Under the pieces are notes generated by a model. The model was given only the letters and a program-made list of their open reading frames with translations. It had not been told where the DNA came from and made no database searches. Positions 29,472 to 38,861 of a stretch of DNA of 64,000 bases are shown piece by piece (position 1 is the first letter of the stretch; the number at the start of each line of letters is the position of its first letter). Position numbers and translations under genes: made by a program. This DNA is from an uncultured bacterium (GTDB lineage Bacteria; Joyebacterota; Joyebacteria; Joyebacterales; Joyebacteraceae), in contig CAZFRO010000004.1 of assembly GCA_964521425.1 (NCBI GenBank), positions 209-64,208 on the forward strand, written 5' to 3'.

Positions 29472-30089
29472 CTAGAAAGGGTCCGGGACTTCAAGCGATA
29501 TGCCGGCCACGATGTGGATACCGACGCATCCGGTCCAGTCAAACACAAGCATGTCCTGCGCGCTCGGGTCCGGCTCCACGTTCCCGTTCTCAACCGAGAA
29601 CTCGAGGACCGGGTCAGCCGTGTCAGCGATGTACTCCGCCAACGCCTCGTTTATGAGCTCGACCCCTGCCGCGCTAAGGACTGCGGGAGTGCTGGTGTTC
29701 AGCGCCCCGAGGACCGACTGGCTCGTGTACGTGACGAGAGTGACCGCAGCGCCCGCAGTGTCAACTCGCCGAACCGTGATCACCCCCGAGATGTCCCAGT
29801 CGTGTGCGTGGGAGAAGTCAGTCACCATGCAGGTTGCGCTCACGACGTGAGCACTGTTGATATCGCTCTTGGAGATCGCGTTGTCGTCGAGTATGTCATC
29901 AAGGTCCTCTGCATAGTCAACTATGACGGGAGTCGTGAACACCTCGGAGTCTTCATTCTCCTCGAAGTCCGCGCATGTCTTGTGGAAATAGACGATCTCC
30001 AGGACCTTCTCATCGAGCAGGCAGTTGCTTCCACTCAAGGCAAACGCCACGAGCAGGAGCAGAAGCGGAATCAGAAATCTCGTTCTCAT
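29472..30089 (-). CDS. hypothetical lipoprotein-like protein
   Basis: GGAGG RBS; hydrophobic signal followed by SGSNC; downstream of the DUF6588-like gene. Confidence 0.7.
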   Translation of the reverse strand: MRTRFLIPLLLLLVAFALSGSNCLLDEKVLEIVYFHKTCADFEENEDSEVFTTPVIVDYAEDLDDILDDNAISKSDINSAHVVSATCMVTDFSHAHDWDISGVITVRRVDTAGAAVTLVTYTSQSVLGALNTSTPAVLSAAGVELINEALAEYIADTADPVLEFSVENGNVEPDPSAQDMLVFDWTGCVGIHIVAGISLEVPDPF

Positions 30090-30112
30090 CCTTCACCCTC
30101 CTCCTCAAGCTG

Positions 30113-31026
30113 CTAGAAGCCGACGGCCAGACCGAATGCAAAACTGCTCTGGGCAGCGATGAGGTATCCGCGATTGTACTCCACGTTCGCCATTACCGGG
30201 GCGATCCCGATGGCGCACCCGAGGCACAGGTGAACCGATGACGCCGCGTCGAGGCTGATCTCCTCAGTCTCTCCGGACTCGTCGCCCACGTACGATACGC
30301 TCATCGAGAACATGTCGTAGGAGAGACCCGCATATGGCTCGATCCAGCCGTAGTTCCTGCTGGCCTGGATGCCGACAGTGAAGGCGCTTGCATCGATGAA
30401 GTCGTCACCGAGCGTGAACTTCTGCCACATGAGCCCACCGGCCAGGTCAACCGGGAACTCGGGGTCCAGGTACTGCGAGATGCTGTGACGCGCGCCGAGT
30501 CCCAACAGGCTCACATTTCCGATCTCGATGTCGCCGACGTCGATCGCGAAGTATCTGATCACGGCCTCGGTACCCTTTTGTACGAACCGAGCGTGAGCTG
30601 TGGAACCGCCATGGCGAAGGAGTTCAGATCGAAGCCGCCCGGGAAGGAGAACTCGGTTGAGCTGTCTCCCAGGACTGTCACAGCGTCGCCTGAGCCCACA
30701 ACGGTCGGTGCGTCGACGGTCTGTTCGGGAGTAAACCCACTCTCCGTCGTGGCGCTGAACGTCGCGGCATCATCTGAGAAGATAACGCCCATCACGCGCA
30801 GCTCGAAGCTCCAGTGGAAGCCATCCACAGGGACGTAGCCCGAGTGATACCACGCGGAGTTGAGATCTGCTCCGAAGGCGTCGGACAGAGGCTGCAGGTA
30901 CCCCTCCGCATTGGCGCCCGTATACGCGGAGAGCTGATCCTCGATCTGCGCAACCGCCGGCGTGGCCATGGGCAGGGCCAGCGCGGCAAGCGCGATCGCG
31001 GTGATCAGACGGGTGGAAACGATCAT
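30113..31026 (-). pseudogene. frameshifted DUF6588-like outer-membrane beta-barrel protein
   Basis: RBS, ATG 31026 and signal peptide; frame switches at the A4 run (30576-30579). Removing 2 nt restores ...QLTLGSYKGTEAVIRY... and a 303-aa ORF ending in F. Confidence 0.72.
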
Positions 31027-31216
31027 ATCATCCTCCCTTGGTTCTGAGACGACACCGTGCGATATCTCACCTCTTTGCAGGCACGATACTCCGAAATGGG
31101 GGAGAGCATCAAGAGGACACATCAAGACGGGGAAAGCCCTGAATGGGTGGGCGTTCACAGATGCGCCACTCACTCAGGGCTCACTCGGTGCGGATGCTGC
31201 GAGGGTGGTCGGACTA

Positions 31217-31681
31217 CTAGTAGCGGTCGCCGCCCTTGTCCTGCTCGCAGCAGCTTTCGCCCTGTCCGCAGGAGGTCTTCTCGATGTCGATGCCGGCGTC
31301 GGCATCGCTGTCGCAGCTTGCGTCCCGCTCGCAGGAGTCCTTCATGTCACGGGTGCAGGCATGAGCATCGTCGCCGCAGCTCTCGGCTTCCTCGCAAGAG
31401 GCCTTCATGTCATCGGTGCAGGCGCTGGGATCGCCCTCGCACGCACAGTCCGGATGCGCGTCCGCGTCGTCGCCCTGGCCGGGGCAGTGGTCCATATCGG
31501 CATGATGGCCGTCCTTGCCCTCTGATCCGAGCGTCGCGGCACACACACCCTGGTCGCCGCAGCTGAGTTCAGCCACGCCCTCTCCCAGAGTCCCGTCGCC
31601 CGCAGATCTGGCCTGCAACATGTAGAAGCCCACTCCGAGCCCGAGCACTACGACAATCGCGACTGTGATGATCTTCGTCAT
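31217..31681 (-). CDS. membrane-anchored Cys/Asp-rich protein with a 21-aa tandem repeat
   Basis: N-terminal TM; 14 Cys; ACTDDMKASCEEAESC and ACTRDMKDSCERDASC; GGAGG RBS. Confidence 0.65.
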   Translation of the reverse strand: MTKIITVAIVVVLGLGVGFYMLQARSAGDGTLGEGVAELSCGDQGVCAATLGSEGKDGHHADMDHCPGQGDDADAHPDCACEGDPSACTDDMKASCEEAESCGDDAHACTRDMKDSCERDASCDSDADAGIDIEKTSCGQGESCCEQDKGGDRY

Positions 31682-31743
31682 GATCCACCCTCCGTCATTT
31701 ACTGCAGCATGAGAAACCCACAGGAGAATACCACCAGACCTAG

Positions 31744-31772
31744 ATTATCGCAGAAGCGAGTGGGTCAGTCAA
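31744..31772 (-). promoter_or_regulatory. sigma70-type promoter of the Cys-rich gene
   Basis: TTGACT-17 bp-GATAAT. Confidence 0.55.
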
Positions 31773-31849
31773 GGCGGAACCATCCGGCAATGGGGGAGAT
31801 GAAGTGCCAAGGGGCCGCGCGTCACTCAGGGCCCCCCGCACAAACGTGG

Positions 31850-31880
31850 AAGCCCCCGGAACCATCGTGATTCCGGGGGC
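31850..31880 (-). terminator. hairpin downstream of hcp (copy 1 of a repeated 31-bp element)
   Basis: AAGCCCCCGGAACCATCGTGATTCCGGGGGC; 27/31 identical to 34271-34301. Confidence 0.55.
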
Positions 31881-31911
31881 ATTGCAGCTTTCAGCGGATG
31901 TCCTTGCAGTC

Positions 31912-33618
31912 CTACGCCCTCGTGCCTGCCCTGCGACGTGCACTCTCTTCATGGGGCTGAGCGTCAGCAGGCGTGGCCGAGAGGATCTCCGCAAGATCCT
32001 CCGTCGCGGTGCCGATCGGCTTCAGGTCGTACTCCCTCACGAGGAGATCGAGTACGTTGGCGGAGACGAAGGCAGGGAGCGTTGGGCCCAAGCGAATGCC
32101 CTTGATCCCCAGGTGCAGGAGGGTGAGCAATATCGCCACCGCCTTCTGCTCGTACCACGAGAGAATGAACGAGAGCGGGAGCTCATTGACACCGACACCG
32201 AATGCCTCGGCGAGGGCCGTAGCGATCCTGATCGCCGAGTAGGCATCGTTGCACTGCCCGATGTCCAGAAGCCGCGGTATGCCATCGATGTCGCCGAATT
32301 CGAGCTTGTTGAAACGATACTTGCCGCACGCGAGTGTCATTACGATGCTGTCTTCAGGCACGTTCTCGGCGAACTCCGTGTAGTAGTTCCTTCCGCTCTT
32401 CGCTCCGTCGCAGCCGCCGATGAGGAAGAAGTGACGGATCGAGCCTGCCTTGACGGCGTCGACTACCTTGTCGGCGATGCCCAGCACGGCATTGTGCCCG
32501 AAACCGACCGTGATGCTCTTCTCCGGCTCATCCATCTCGAAGCCGGCTTGAGCCTCCGCGGCTTCGATAACCTGCGTGAAGTCGCGATCCGAAATGTGCG
32601 TGACTCCAGGCCAGGCAACAAGGCCCGATGTGAAGATGCGGTCCATATATGAGCCGCGCGGCTTCTGGATGCAGTTCGTGGTCATGAGGATCGAGCCGGG
32701 GAACGCGTCGAACTCCTTGGCCTGGTCCTGCCACGCTCCGCCGTAGTTTCCGGCAAGATGCTGATACCGCTTGAGCTCCGGGTAGCCGTGAGCGGGGAGC
32801 ATCTCGCCGTGCGTGTAGATATTGATGCCCTTGCCCTCGGTCTGCTTCAGAAGCTCTTCAAGATCCCGAAGGTCGTGGCCCGACACGAGGATGGCCTTGC
32901 CGGCGATCGGGGTGATGCGCACCGGGGTCGGTACCGGGTGTCCGTATGTTGAAGTATTCGCGCGATCGAGCAGCTCCATGGCCTTCAGGTTGATCTCGCC
33001 GGTCTTGAGAGCCCAGGTCGTCAGCTCTTCGACCGTTGCATCCATCCGCGTCAGCACGTCGAGTGCTTCGTGGAAGAGGCCATAGACTTCCTCGTCATCG
33101 ACGCCCAGCACGTGGGCGTGATCGACGTATGCGGCCGCGCCCTTGAGACCGTACATGATGAGTTCCTGAAGGCTCGAGATGTCCTCTCCGAATGCCGCGC
33201 GCCGTGCAGAGATCGAGACCACTGCGGCCTGAGCCAGAAGTTCGGAACGCTCATCGGCAGGCTCCCAGACAGCCGCTCCGCTCAGCGCCTCGGGCGTCTC
33301 TCCTCGGGCAGCACAGGCCTTCTCGTAAAGCGCGCGAGCCCAGTCCTTCATTTCAACCGCCCTGCGAATGAGATCCATCATCCGCTCGTCATCGAAGTTG
33401 ACGTTGGTCACGGTCGTGAAGAGCGCTTCCACCGTGAAGATATCAACATCTCTGTCGACCGCACCGTGCTCACGGGCTCTGCGAGCCCACATCGAGATTC
33501 CCTTGGCGGTGTGGACCAGAAGATCCTGAAGATTCGAGGTCGACGCAGCCTTGCCGCACACCCCCGCAATCGAGCAGCCCGTACCCTTCGCCGTCTGTTC
33601 ACACTGGAAGCAGTGCAT
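31912..33618 (-). CDS. hcp: hybrid cluster protein (hydroxylamine reductase / NO reductase)
   Basis: MHCFQCEQTAKGTGC...GVCGK, GHDL, THGEMLPAHGYP, TTNC, GCDG, LACGKY, GQCNDAYS, SWYEQKA. Confidence 0.96.
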   Translation of the reverse strand: MHCFQCEQTAKGTGCSIAGVCGKAASTSNLQDLLVHTAKGISMWARRAREHGAVDRDVDIFTVEALFTTVTNVNFDDERMMDLIRRAVEMKDWARALYEKACAARGETPEALSGAAVWEPADERSELLAQAAVVSISARRAAFGEDISSLQELIMYGLKGAAAYVDHAHVLGVDDEEVYGLFHEALDVLTRMDATVEELTTWALKTGEINLKAMELLDRANTSTYGHPVPTPVRITPIAGKAILVSGHDLRDLEELLKQTEGKGINIYTHGEMLPAHGYPELKRYQHLAGNYGGAWQDQAKEFDAFPGSILMTTNCIQKPRGSYMDRIFTSGLVAWPGVTHISDRDFTQVIEAAEAQAGFEMDEPEKSITVGFGHNAVLGIADKVVDAVKAGSIRHFFLIGGCDGAKSGRNYYTEFAENVPEDSIVMTLACGKYRFNKLEFGDIDGIPRLLDIGQCNDAYSAIRIATALAEAFGVGVNELPLSFILSWYEQKAVAILLTLLHLGIKGIRLGPTLPAFVSANVLDLLVREYDLKPIGTATEDLAEILSATPADAQPHEESARRRAGTRA

Positions 33619-33717
33619 CTGTCTCCTCCGTTCTGAACCTGGTTTGCTTCTAATCATGGATCCCATCATCCGGATCCCGCTCAACACTCGCACAATCTAC
33701 GCCGGCCATGCCCAGGG

Positions 33718-34146
33718 CTACCGCACCGGCAGTGTCTCACTGCGAAATCTGAAATCGTGGAGCGTGATGGCCGCCAGGCCATCCACGATCTCAGTGCTCA
33801 CCTTCTCGAACAGCGAGCTTAACGCGCAGCTCGGCTTGTCACAGACGGCGAGGCCCGAGAGGCAGTGCTGGATCTCGAGGTTCCCCTCTATCGCCTCATA
33901 CACATCGCGAAGCGTCACCTCGGTTGCATCGACGGAGAGCCGGAAGCCTCCGTGGGGCCCGCGCGTCGCTGAGACGAGGCCGGCCTTCGAGAGTCGGCCC
34001 AGTACCTTCGCCAGGTGTGCCTCCGACGCTCCCAGTGCCTCAGCCATGCGGCCGGCCGTGATCGGGTCGTCTCCGGCTCCTGCAAGAACACCCGTGGCGT
34101 GAAGGGCAAGTGAAGCCGCTTCCGAAAAGTAGATGGCACCGTTCAT
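33718..34146 (-). CDS. Rrf2-family transcriptional regulator with three Cys (likely Fe-S)
   Basis: SEAHLAKVLGRLSKAGLVSATRGPHGGF, VYEAIEG, CLSGLAVCDKPSC. Confidence 0.92.
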   Translation of the reverse strand: MNGAIYFSEAASLALHATGVLAGAGDDPITAGRMAEALGASEAHLAKVLGRLSKAGLVSATRGPHGGFRLSVDATEVTLRDVYEAIEGNLEIQHCLSGLAVCDKPSCALSSLFEKVSTEIVDGLAAITLHDFRFRSETLPVR

Positions 34147-34206
34147 ATGAATCGCTCCGTAGTCTAGCTACCGTTCCGACAGCCGTCCTCGTCGGACTTG
34201 ATCGTC

Positions 34207-34257
34207 ATATACTGGTATTCGAGTACCAGAATATAACCATTGAGCCACTGGTGTCAA
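34207..34257 (-). promoter_or_regulatory. rrf2-hcp promoter with overlapping 28-bp palindromic operator
   Basis: TTGACA-16 bp-TATATT; palindrome ATATACTGGTATTCGAGTACCAGAATAT (34207-34234) overlaps -10 and the start site. Confidence 0.7.
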
Positions 34258-34268
34258 CCCCCAAATGT

Positions 34269-34305
34269 GAAAGCCCCCGGAACCGTTGTGGTTCCAGGGG
34301 CTTTC
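34269..34305 (-). terminator. hairpin downstream of the toast-rack gene (copy 2 of the repeated element)
   Basis: GAAAGCCCCCGGAACC-GTTGT-GGTTCCAGGGGCTTTC. Confidence 0.6.
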
Positions 34306-34342
34306 GAACGCGCCGTCTCTGGGGGAGATGAGACTCCTCGCG

Positions 34343-35089
34343 TCAGATTCGCATGCGGGGGTTCCCATCTTCGACTCTGATGTCGCCGACACCGATATCC
34401 GCATTGATTCTGATCGTGGCATCGGATTCGGCTGAGCCATCGGTTACGTACGCACCGCCACGCTTCACGAGATCGCCGGCGTCGACACTGCCGATGCCCG
34501 TGTCACAGTTGAGAATCACATTCGCCTGCTCGGGGATGTGGAGCACGATATCGCCAACGCCGCTGTCTATTCCGATGGTCACATCGTGATCCAGAGCGTC
34601 TCCGAGGTCGACGATGATCTCACCGACTCCGATATCAGCGTCAAGATCCGTGAGCATCATCCCGGTGAGATCAAGCTTGCAGCCTCCAACGCCGAGATCG
34701 ATTTCCATCGTGAGCGCGATCTCATCTGAGAAGCTCAGGTGCCAGTCACACTCGGCGCCTCGTCCCGACGAGCCCTTGGCTTCCGGCTGCCGGACGGTAA
34801 GCTGCCCGTGTGAGCCGGACTCCGTGTAGATGACCTCCGGCTTCCAGGTTGCCACATTATATTTGAAGTCAGCTTCCAGTAGCGCGTCGGCGCCCCCCTC
34901 GATGATGAGATCACCGACACTCAAGTCCACGACTACAGTGACCGAGTCGGCCGTCACGGCGGAGATGGTGGACGTCTCGGTCACCATCTCCCCAACGGGG
35001 GCCGTCGGGTCACAGCATATGCATCCTGCTGACGCAGCCAACACCAGAGCTGACGCCGATATCAGCAGGGCTCTGTGCGAAATCCTCAA
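34343..35089 (-). CDS. toast-rack / DUF2154 (LiaF-related) family lipoprotein-like protein
   Basis: GGAGG RBS and TTG 35089; signal with Cys; FKYNVATWKPEV; repeated (I/L)DxGVG beta-solenoid motifs. Confidence 0.7.
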   Translation of the reverse strand: MRISHRALLISASALVLAASAGCICCDPTAPVGEMVTETSTISAVTADSVTVVVDLSVGDLIIEGGADALLEADFKYNVATWKPEVIYTESGSHGQLTVRQPEAKGSSGRGAECDWHLSFSDEIALTMEIDLGVGGCKLDLTGMMLTDLDADIGVGEIIVDLGDALDHDVTIGIDSGVGDIVLHIPEQANVILNCDTGIGSVDAGDLVKRGGAYVTDGSAESDATIRINADIGVGDIRVEDGNPRMRI

Positions 35090-35183
35090 TTCCGTCCTCC
35101 TGTTGCATTGCCACTTGCCGCTCCGAACGTGTCGATCGCTGATGCTCCCACTGGAATAGGACACTCCTTGGGGCCTCGGGGTT

Positions 35184-37832
35184 TCATCGCCTCCAGTTGC
35201 TGAGCATCCGCTCGATCTGCATGCTCATGTCCTTCCTCATTCCCTTAAGCCAGATCAACGTTTCTCCGTCTTCAGTCAGAAGAACCGTGAGTGGAATCTG
35301 ACTCTCCGGACTGCTGATGCCGAAGACATCCTCCGCGGCTTCGGTCGAGATGGTCATCGCTCCATCCTCAGCCGGGTGGCCTTCGAGTCCGCTGACCTGG
35401 AGAGGGACGAGCGTCATGCCGTGTGCTGTCCAGTCCGTCGACTGCAGGTGCGTCATGTGGCCGACCGATGCTTCGTGCCCAGAGAGAGTAAGGACGATCA
35501 GTCTGAGCTCTGTTGGAGCGAGTTCATCAATGCTGTGCTCCTGTCCGTCGATTGTGATGGAGATGCTCTTCTCGATATCCCACTCCTGTTGAACCAGGTC
35601 CTCCGGTTCCCACTCGGAGAGGGGAATGCCGATGTCCATCTCGAAGTAGAGCGAGTCAAGAGCTGCGATCTCGAAGCTCTTCGAGACGAACCGCGGCTCG
35701 CCCCGGGGGTTCCTGAGACCTCCGAAGAGCCAGTACTCTCCTTCAGGAAGCGACCATTCAACGATCCCATCTCCTTCAGAGAGCTGACCGAGATACCAGG
35801 TCCGAAAACGTCCATCCTCGAATCGCATCAGCCGCGTGTGGATCCATGTCTCGACGTTCTCGATCGGCACGCCCTGATCGAAGTAGGAGACGGACAGGTA
35901 GGCCGCAGCACCAAGCTCCCCCTCGCTCTCAGCCGCGTCGCTCTCCTCGTCCTCGAACGGTTCGAACCTCGTCCAGTCACCCTCACTCCACGCTTCGACG
36001 TAGTCCACGCCGAGTTCTGCTCTGGCTGGTATGCCATGCCTTCGCAAGAGTCCAACCAGACACGCTCGAGCCCCCGGCGACTCAGCATACCCGGAGCGCC
36101 ACGTCGTCGACGGGGTCGCAACATGTCCGAACCGCAATCTATCAACCTTCTCCACGCGCTCCCTGAAGAGCGAGAGAATCGCACCTGCCTGAGGCGCAAC
36201 GCTCTCATCATCTCCCAGCCACGGAAGTTCCGTCCACCAGGCAAACGTCCCCTCCTGGAAATAGAGCCGGGGGGACAGGACGAACTCATTCCAGACGGTG
36301 TCCGGAACATCCGGAGCCAGCGCGCGGACACGGAGAATCTCGCGCAATGTGAGTTCGAGGTTCTCCGTATCCATCTCGTAGAAGTCCTTGACGTCCATCT
36401 GCTTCACGAGCTCGATGGCCGTGGTTCTTATCTCTCCGTCCATGGCGAGTACCGTCCCGGTCCACTCGGCCTGAACGGCACCGGCCTCGGTCATCTTCTC
36501 ACGGAGTTGAGTGGCATCATCACGTCCAACTAGAAAATCGATCCACGGGGGCGTGAATGCGGATTTCTTGCAGCGCTCAAGATCGCGCCGCGCAAGATCC
36601 CGCTGGTGCCGTAGCCACGTGGGATCGTTCTCGTCCGTGTCGCAGGACCCGCCCTCGCTCTCCGGGTGGAGCGGGTACCTGAGCCAGATGGGTTCATCGA
36701 AGATGTCCATGCCGGGTTCGAGCTCGAGCACTGTACGTTCTCCGGCAGTTATGTGGGCGAGAGCGGACCAGGGTTCGCCGTCAATCCCGGTCGTAACAAC
36801 GTAGTCGCCCGGGCCCAACATGACTTCGCTCTCGAACGGTTGGTGGATGAGAACCACCGGCGCGCTGTAGTTGTAGATATGGATGTTGGCTTCGGGAGTG
36901 TCATCATCCTCTGTTGCAGCAGGTGTGTATCCGGGCGGTGGCGCCAGATAGAGCGTGCCGGCCGTTGTGTAAACATCCGTGGAATTGAGAATCGTCGCGC
37001 CGTCGGCTTGCCGGTGCAGCATCGGCTCGTATTCGGCGGGGACGGGAGCCTCACCGAATCCGACCGAGAGCACCACGCCGGCTCGCTTCACTGTTTGTGA
37101 GAACCATGTTCGATCGAGACAAGCCGTGGCGTTGCAGGACTCCATGTAGTGCCAGCCCTCATCCCGCCCCACGTAGACTTCCACCCAGGCGTGGTTGCTG
37201 TTGCCCGTCGTCCACCAGGGAGCGGAGCAGCTTCTCACCGGAATCCCAACACTGCGGAGAGCACAGATAGTGAGAATCATCTCCTCTCCGCAACGCCCGA
37301 TTCCTCGCTCCATCGTGGTGAGGGGTCCCTGGTCTCGTCGCGAACTCGCTTTGTACGTGGCCCATTCCCTCGTCAGGCGACCGATCTCAAGAGCGGCCTC
37401 CGTCATCGTCATCCCCTGAACGCGTGCGGCGCCGAGTTCGTTCAGACGCGCGCGCCAGTTCTGGACGGGCTCCTGGCTGGCGCGGTGCGGGAGAACGTAG
37501 ACGTGAAAGAGATAAGGGTCGATCTCATCCTTCCATCCCGCATCGTTCCAGGTATCGAGGGCGAGTTCGACGTTGCTGATAAGAAGGTCTGCCGGAAGTG
37601 ACCCGAGGTCGGACGTGGGCATCCAGGCCATGAGAAACTCGAGGGCGCCCCTGTGTTGCTCATCGGCATCGGCGAGATAGGTGCGTAGTTCATCTCCCTC
37701 GAAATGCCTGTCGAGATTCGTCTCCACGAGTGCGGCCACCTCATCGCTCGGTGGCCAGCTCCACTCATCCTGCGAAGCCCCGGCGGTCACTGCGAGCAAG
37801 GCCACAAGGCCGACTGCGAAGAGCATCCTCAT
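35184..37832 (-). CDS. secreted transglutaminase-domain protein (one intact and one degenerate domain)
   Basis: Signal peptide; GRCGEE..ALRSVGIPVR..NHAWVEVY; second LLRRHGIPAR..VEAW. Confidence 0.82.
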   Translation of the reverse strand: MRMLFAVGLVALLAVTAGASQDEWSWPPSDEVAALVETNLDRHFEGDELRTYLADADEQHRGALEFLMAWMPTSDLGSLPADLLISNVELALDTWNDAGWKDEIDPYLFHVYVLPHRASQEPVQNWRARLNELGAARVQGMTMTEAALEIGRLTREWATYKASSRRDQGPLTTMERGIGRCGEEMILTICALRSVGIPVRSCSAPWWTTGNSNHAWVEVYVGRDEGWHYMESCNATACLDRTWFSQTVKRAGVVLSVGFGEAPVPAEYEPMLHRQADGATILNSTDVYTTAGTLYLAPPPGYTPAATEDDDTPEANIHIYNYSAPVVLIHQPFESEVMLGPGDYVVTTGIDGEPWSALAHITAGERTVLELEPGMDIFDEPIWLRYPLHPESEGGSCDTDENDPTWLRHQRDLARRDLERCKKSAFTPPWIDFLVGRDDATQLREKMTEAGAVQAEWTGTVLAMDGEIRTTAIELVKQMDVKDFYEMDTENLELTLREILRVRALAPDVPDTVWNEFVLSPRLYFQEGTFAWWTELPWLGDDESVAPQAGAILSLFRERVEKVDRLRFGHVATPSTTWRSGYAESPGARACLVGLLRRHGIPARAELGVDYVEAWSEGDWTRFEPFEDEESDAAESEGELGAAAYLSVSYFDQGVPIENVETWIHTRLMRFEDGRFRTWYLGQLSEGDGIVEWSLPEGEYWLFGGLRNPRGEPRFVSKSFEIAALDSLYFEMDIGIPLSEWEPEDLVQQEWDIEKSISITIDGQEHSIDELAPTELRLIVLTLSGHEASVGHMTHLQSTDWTAHGMTLVPLQVSGLEGHPAEDGAMTISTEAAEDVFGISSPESQIPLTVLLTEDGETLIWLKGMRKDMSMQIERMLSNWRR

Positions 37833-38452
37833 GAATCTCTCCTCTCGATAAGGGCGGTTCCCTTCGTAAGACCTGACACTGATTTCGTGAGTTCATCGGC
37901 GCGCTCCTCTGGGAGCTCGATCTCAAGCGTAACGCGAGTCGCGTAGTCCTCTGAAAGCACATGAGCCTCAAGGTCGGGGAGGATCCACTTGACAGGATCG
38001 ACGCTCGCGTAGTCGATGATCAGCGTGAGAGTGGTTGAGGCGATGAGCATCTTTGTGGGAAGACCCTCGATCGCGTTCTTGACGCCTCCGCTGTAGGCTC
38101 TAGCCAGTCCGCCCTTTCCGAGCTTCGTGCCGCCGTAGTAGCGCGTGACGACCGCGGCGATGTCGCCGACACCGCTGTGGACGAGCACGGTGAGCATCGG
38201 GCGTCCTGCTGTTCCGTGAAGCTCACCGGCGTCGCTCATTCCAATGCGGCTCGTGTCACCTGGTGGTCCGATGACGTACGCCCAGCAGTTGTGCGTTGCG
38301 TCAGGGAACTCGGAACTCACAGCCGAGATGAAGGCTCGCGCCTCATCGACTGATGATGCGTGACCAACCGTGGTAACGAACCGGCTTCGGAGAATAGTCT
38401 CCTCGACGCGCCGCCGAGTGGCGGGTATCGCATAGCGCTGTCGTGAGGGCAA
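37829..38452 (-). CDS. yigZ: YigZ/IMPACT family protein
   Basis: SRF, ATHNCWAY, SDAGExxGTAGRPM, VVTRYYGGTKLGKGGLARAY. Confidence 0.92.
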   Translation of the reverse strand: MPSRQRYAIPATRRRVEETILRSRFVTTVGHASSVDEARAFISAVSSEFPDATHNCWAYVIGPPGDTSRIGMSDAGELHGTAGRPMLTVLVHSGVGDIAAVVTRYYGGTKLGKGGLARAYSGGVKNAIEGLPTKMLIASTTLTLIIDYASVDPVKWILPDLEAHVLSEDYATRVTLEIELPEERADELTKSVSGLTKGTALIERRDS

Positions 38453-38640
38453 TGTGCAGGTCTCCTGGTGAGTTCCGGGCTTTGCGCCAGCTCCAAGGGT
38501 CCAGTGAATATAGTAGGTTTGGTGTGATTATACCACACTGCGGTCCAATCCCTGCCCGCGTCCACGCCGAGACGGCCGGCTGGGCAGTGTGACAGCGCAG
38601 AAGCTAATGTTGATTGCGTGGTCAGCGGTCATTATTGTGC

Positions 38641-38670
38641 TTGACGATTACGAGCAAACCGTGATATAAT
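38641..38670 (+). promoter_or_regulatory. sigma70-type promoter of the duplicated gene
   Basis: TTGACG-18 bp-TATAAT with TG extension. Confidence 0.6.
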
Positions 38671-38861
38671 CCTCGATACGTGGGCAAGTAGTGTTTCACC
38701 CACATCGGTGCAATAGACGTCATTGCGCTGGCTGGTCTGCGGCGGAACACACTAGCAAGACATCTTTGGGGAGAAGTATGCGTTCCTGGAAAGGGGGGAT
38801 GTGCAAACTGGATTGTGTTTTCGCGAGTGACATATCGTTCTTCATTTTTAGGAGGATGCAA

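Noticed and set aside
31912-31980. About 20-aa C-terminal extension on Hcp as a new domain
   Set aside because: Short and low in information; it looks like stop-codon drift.
38770-38815. GGAAAGGGGGGATGTGCAAAC as a c-di-GMP-I riboswitch in the long leader
   Set aside because: The upstream GGCAAAC element and the P1/P2 pairing are missing.
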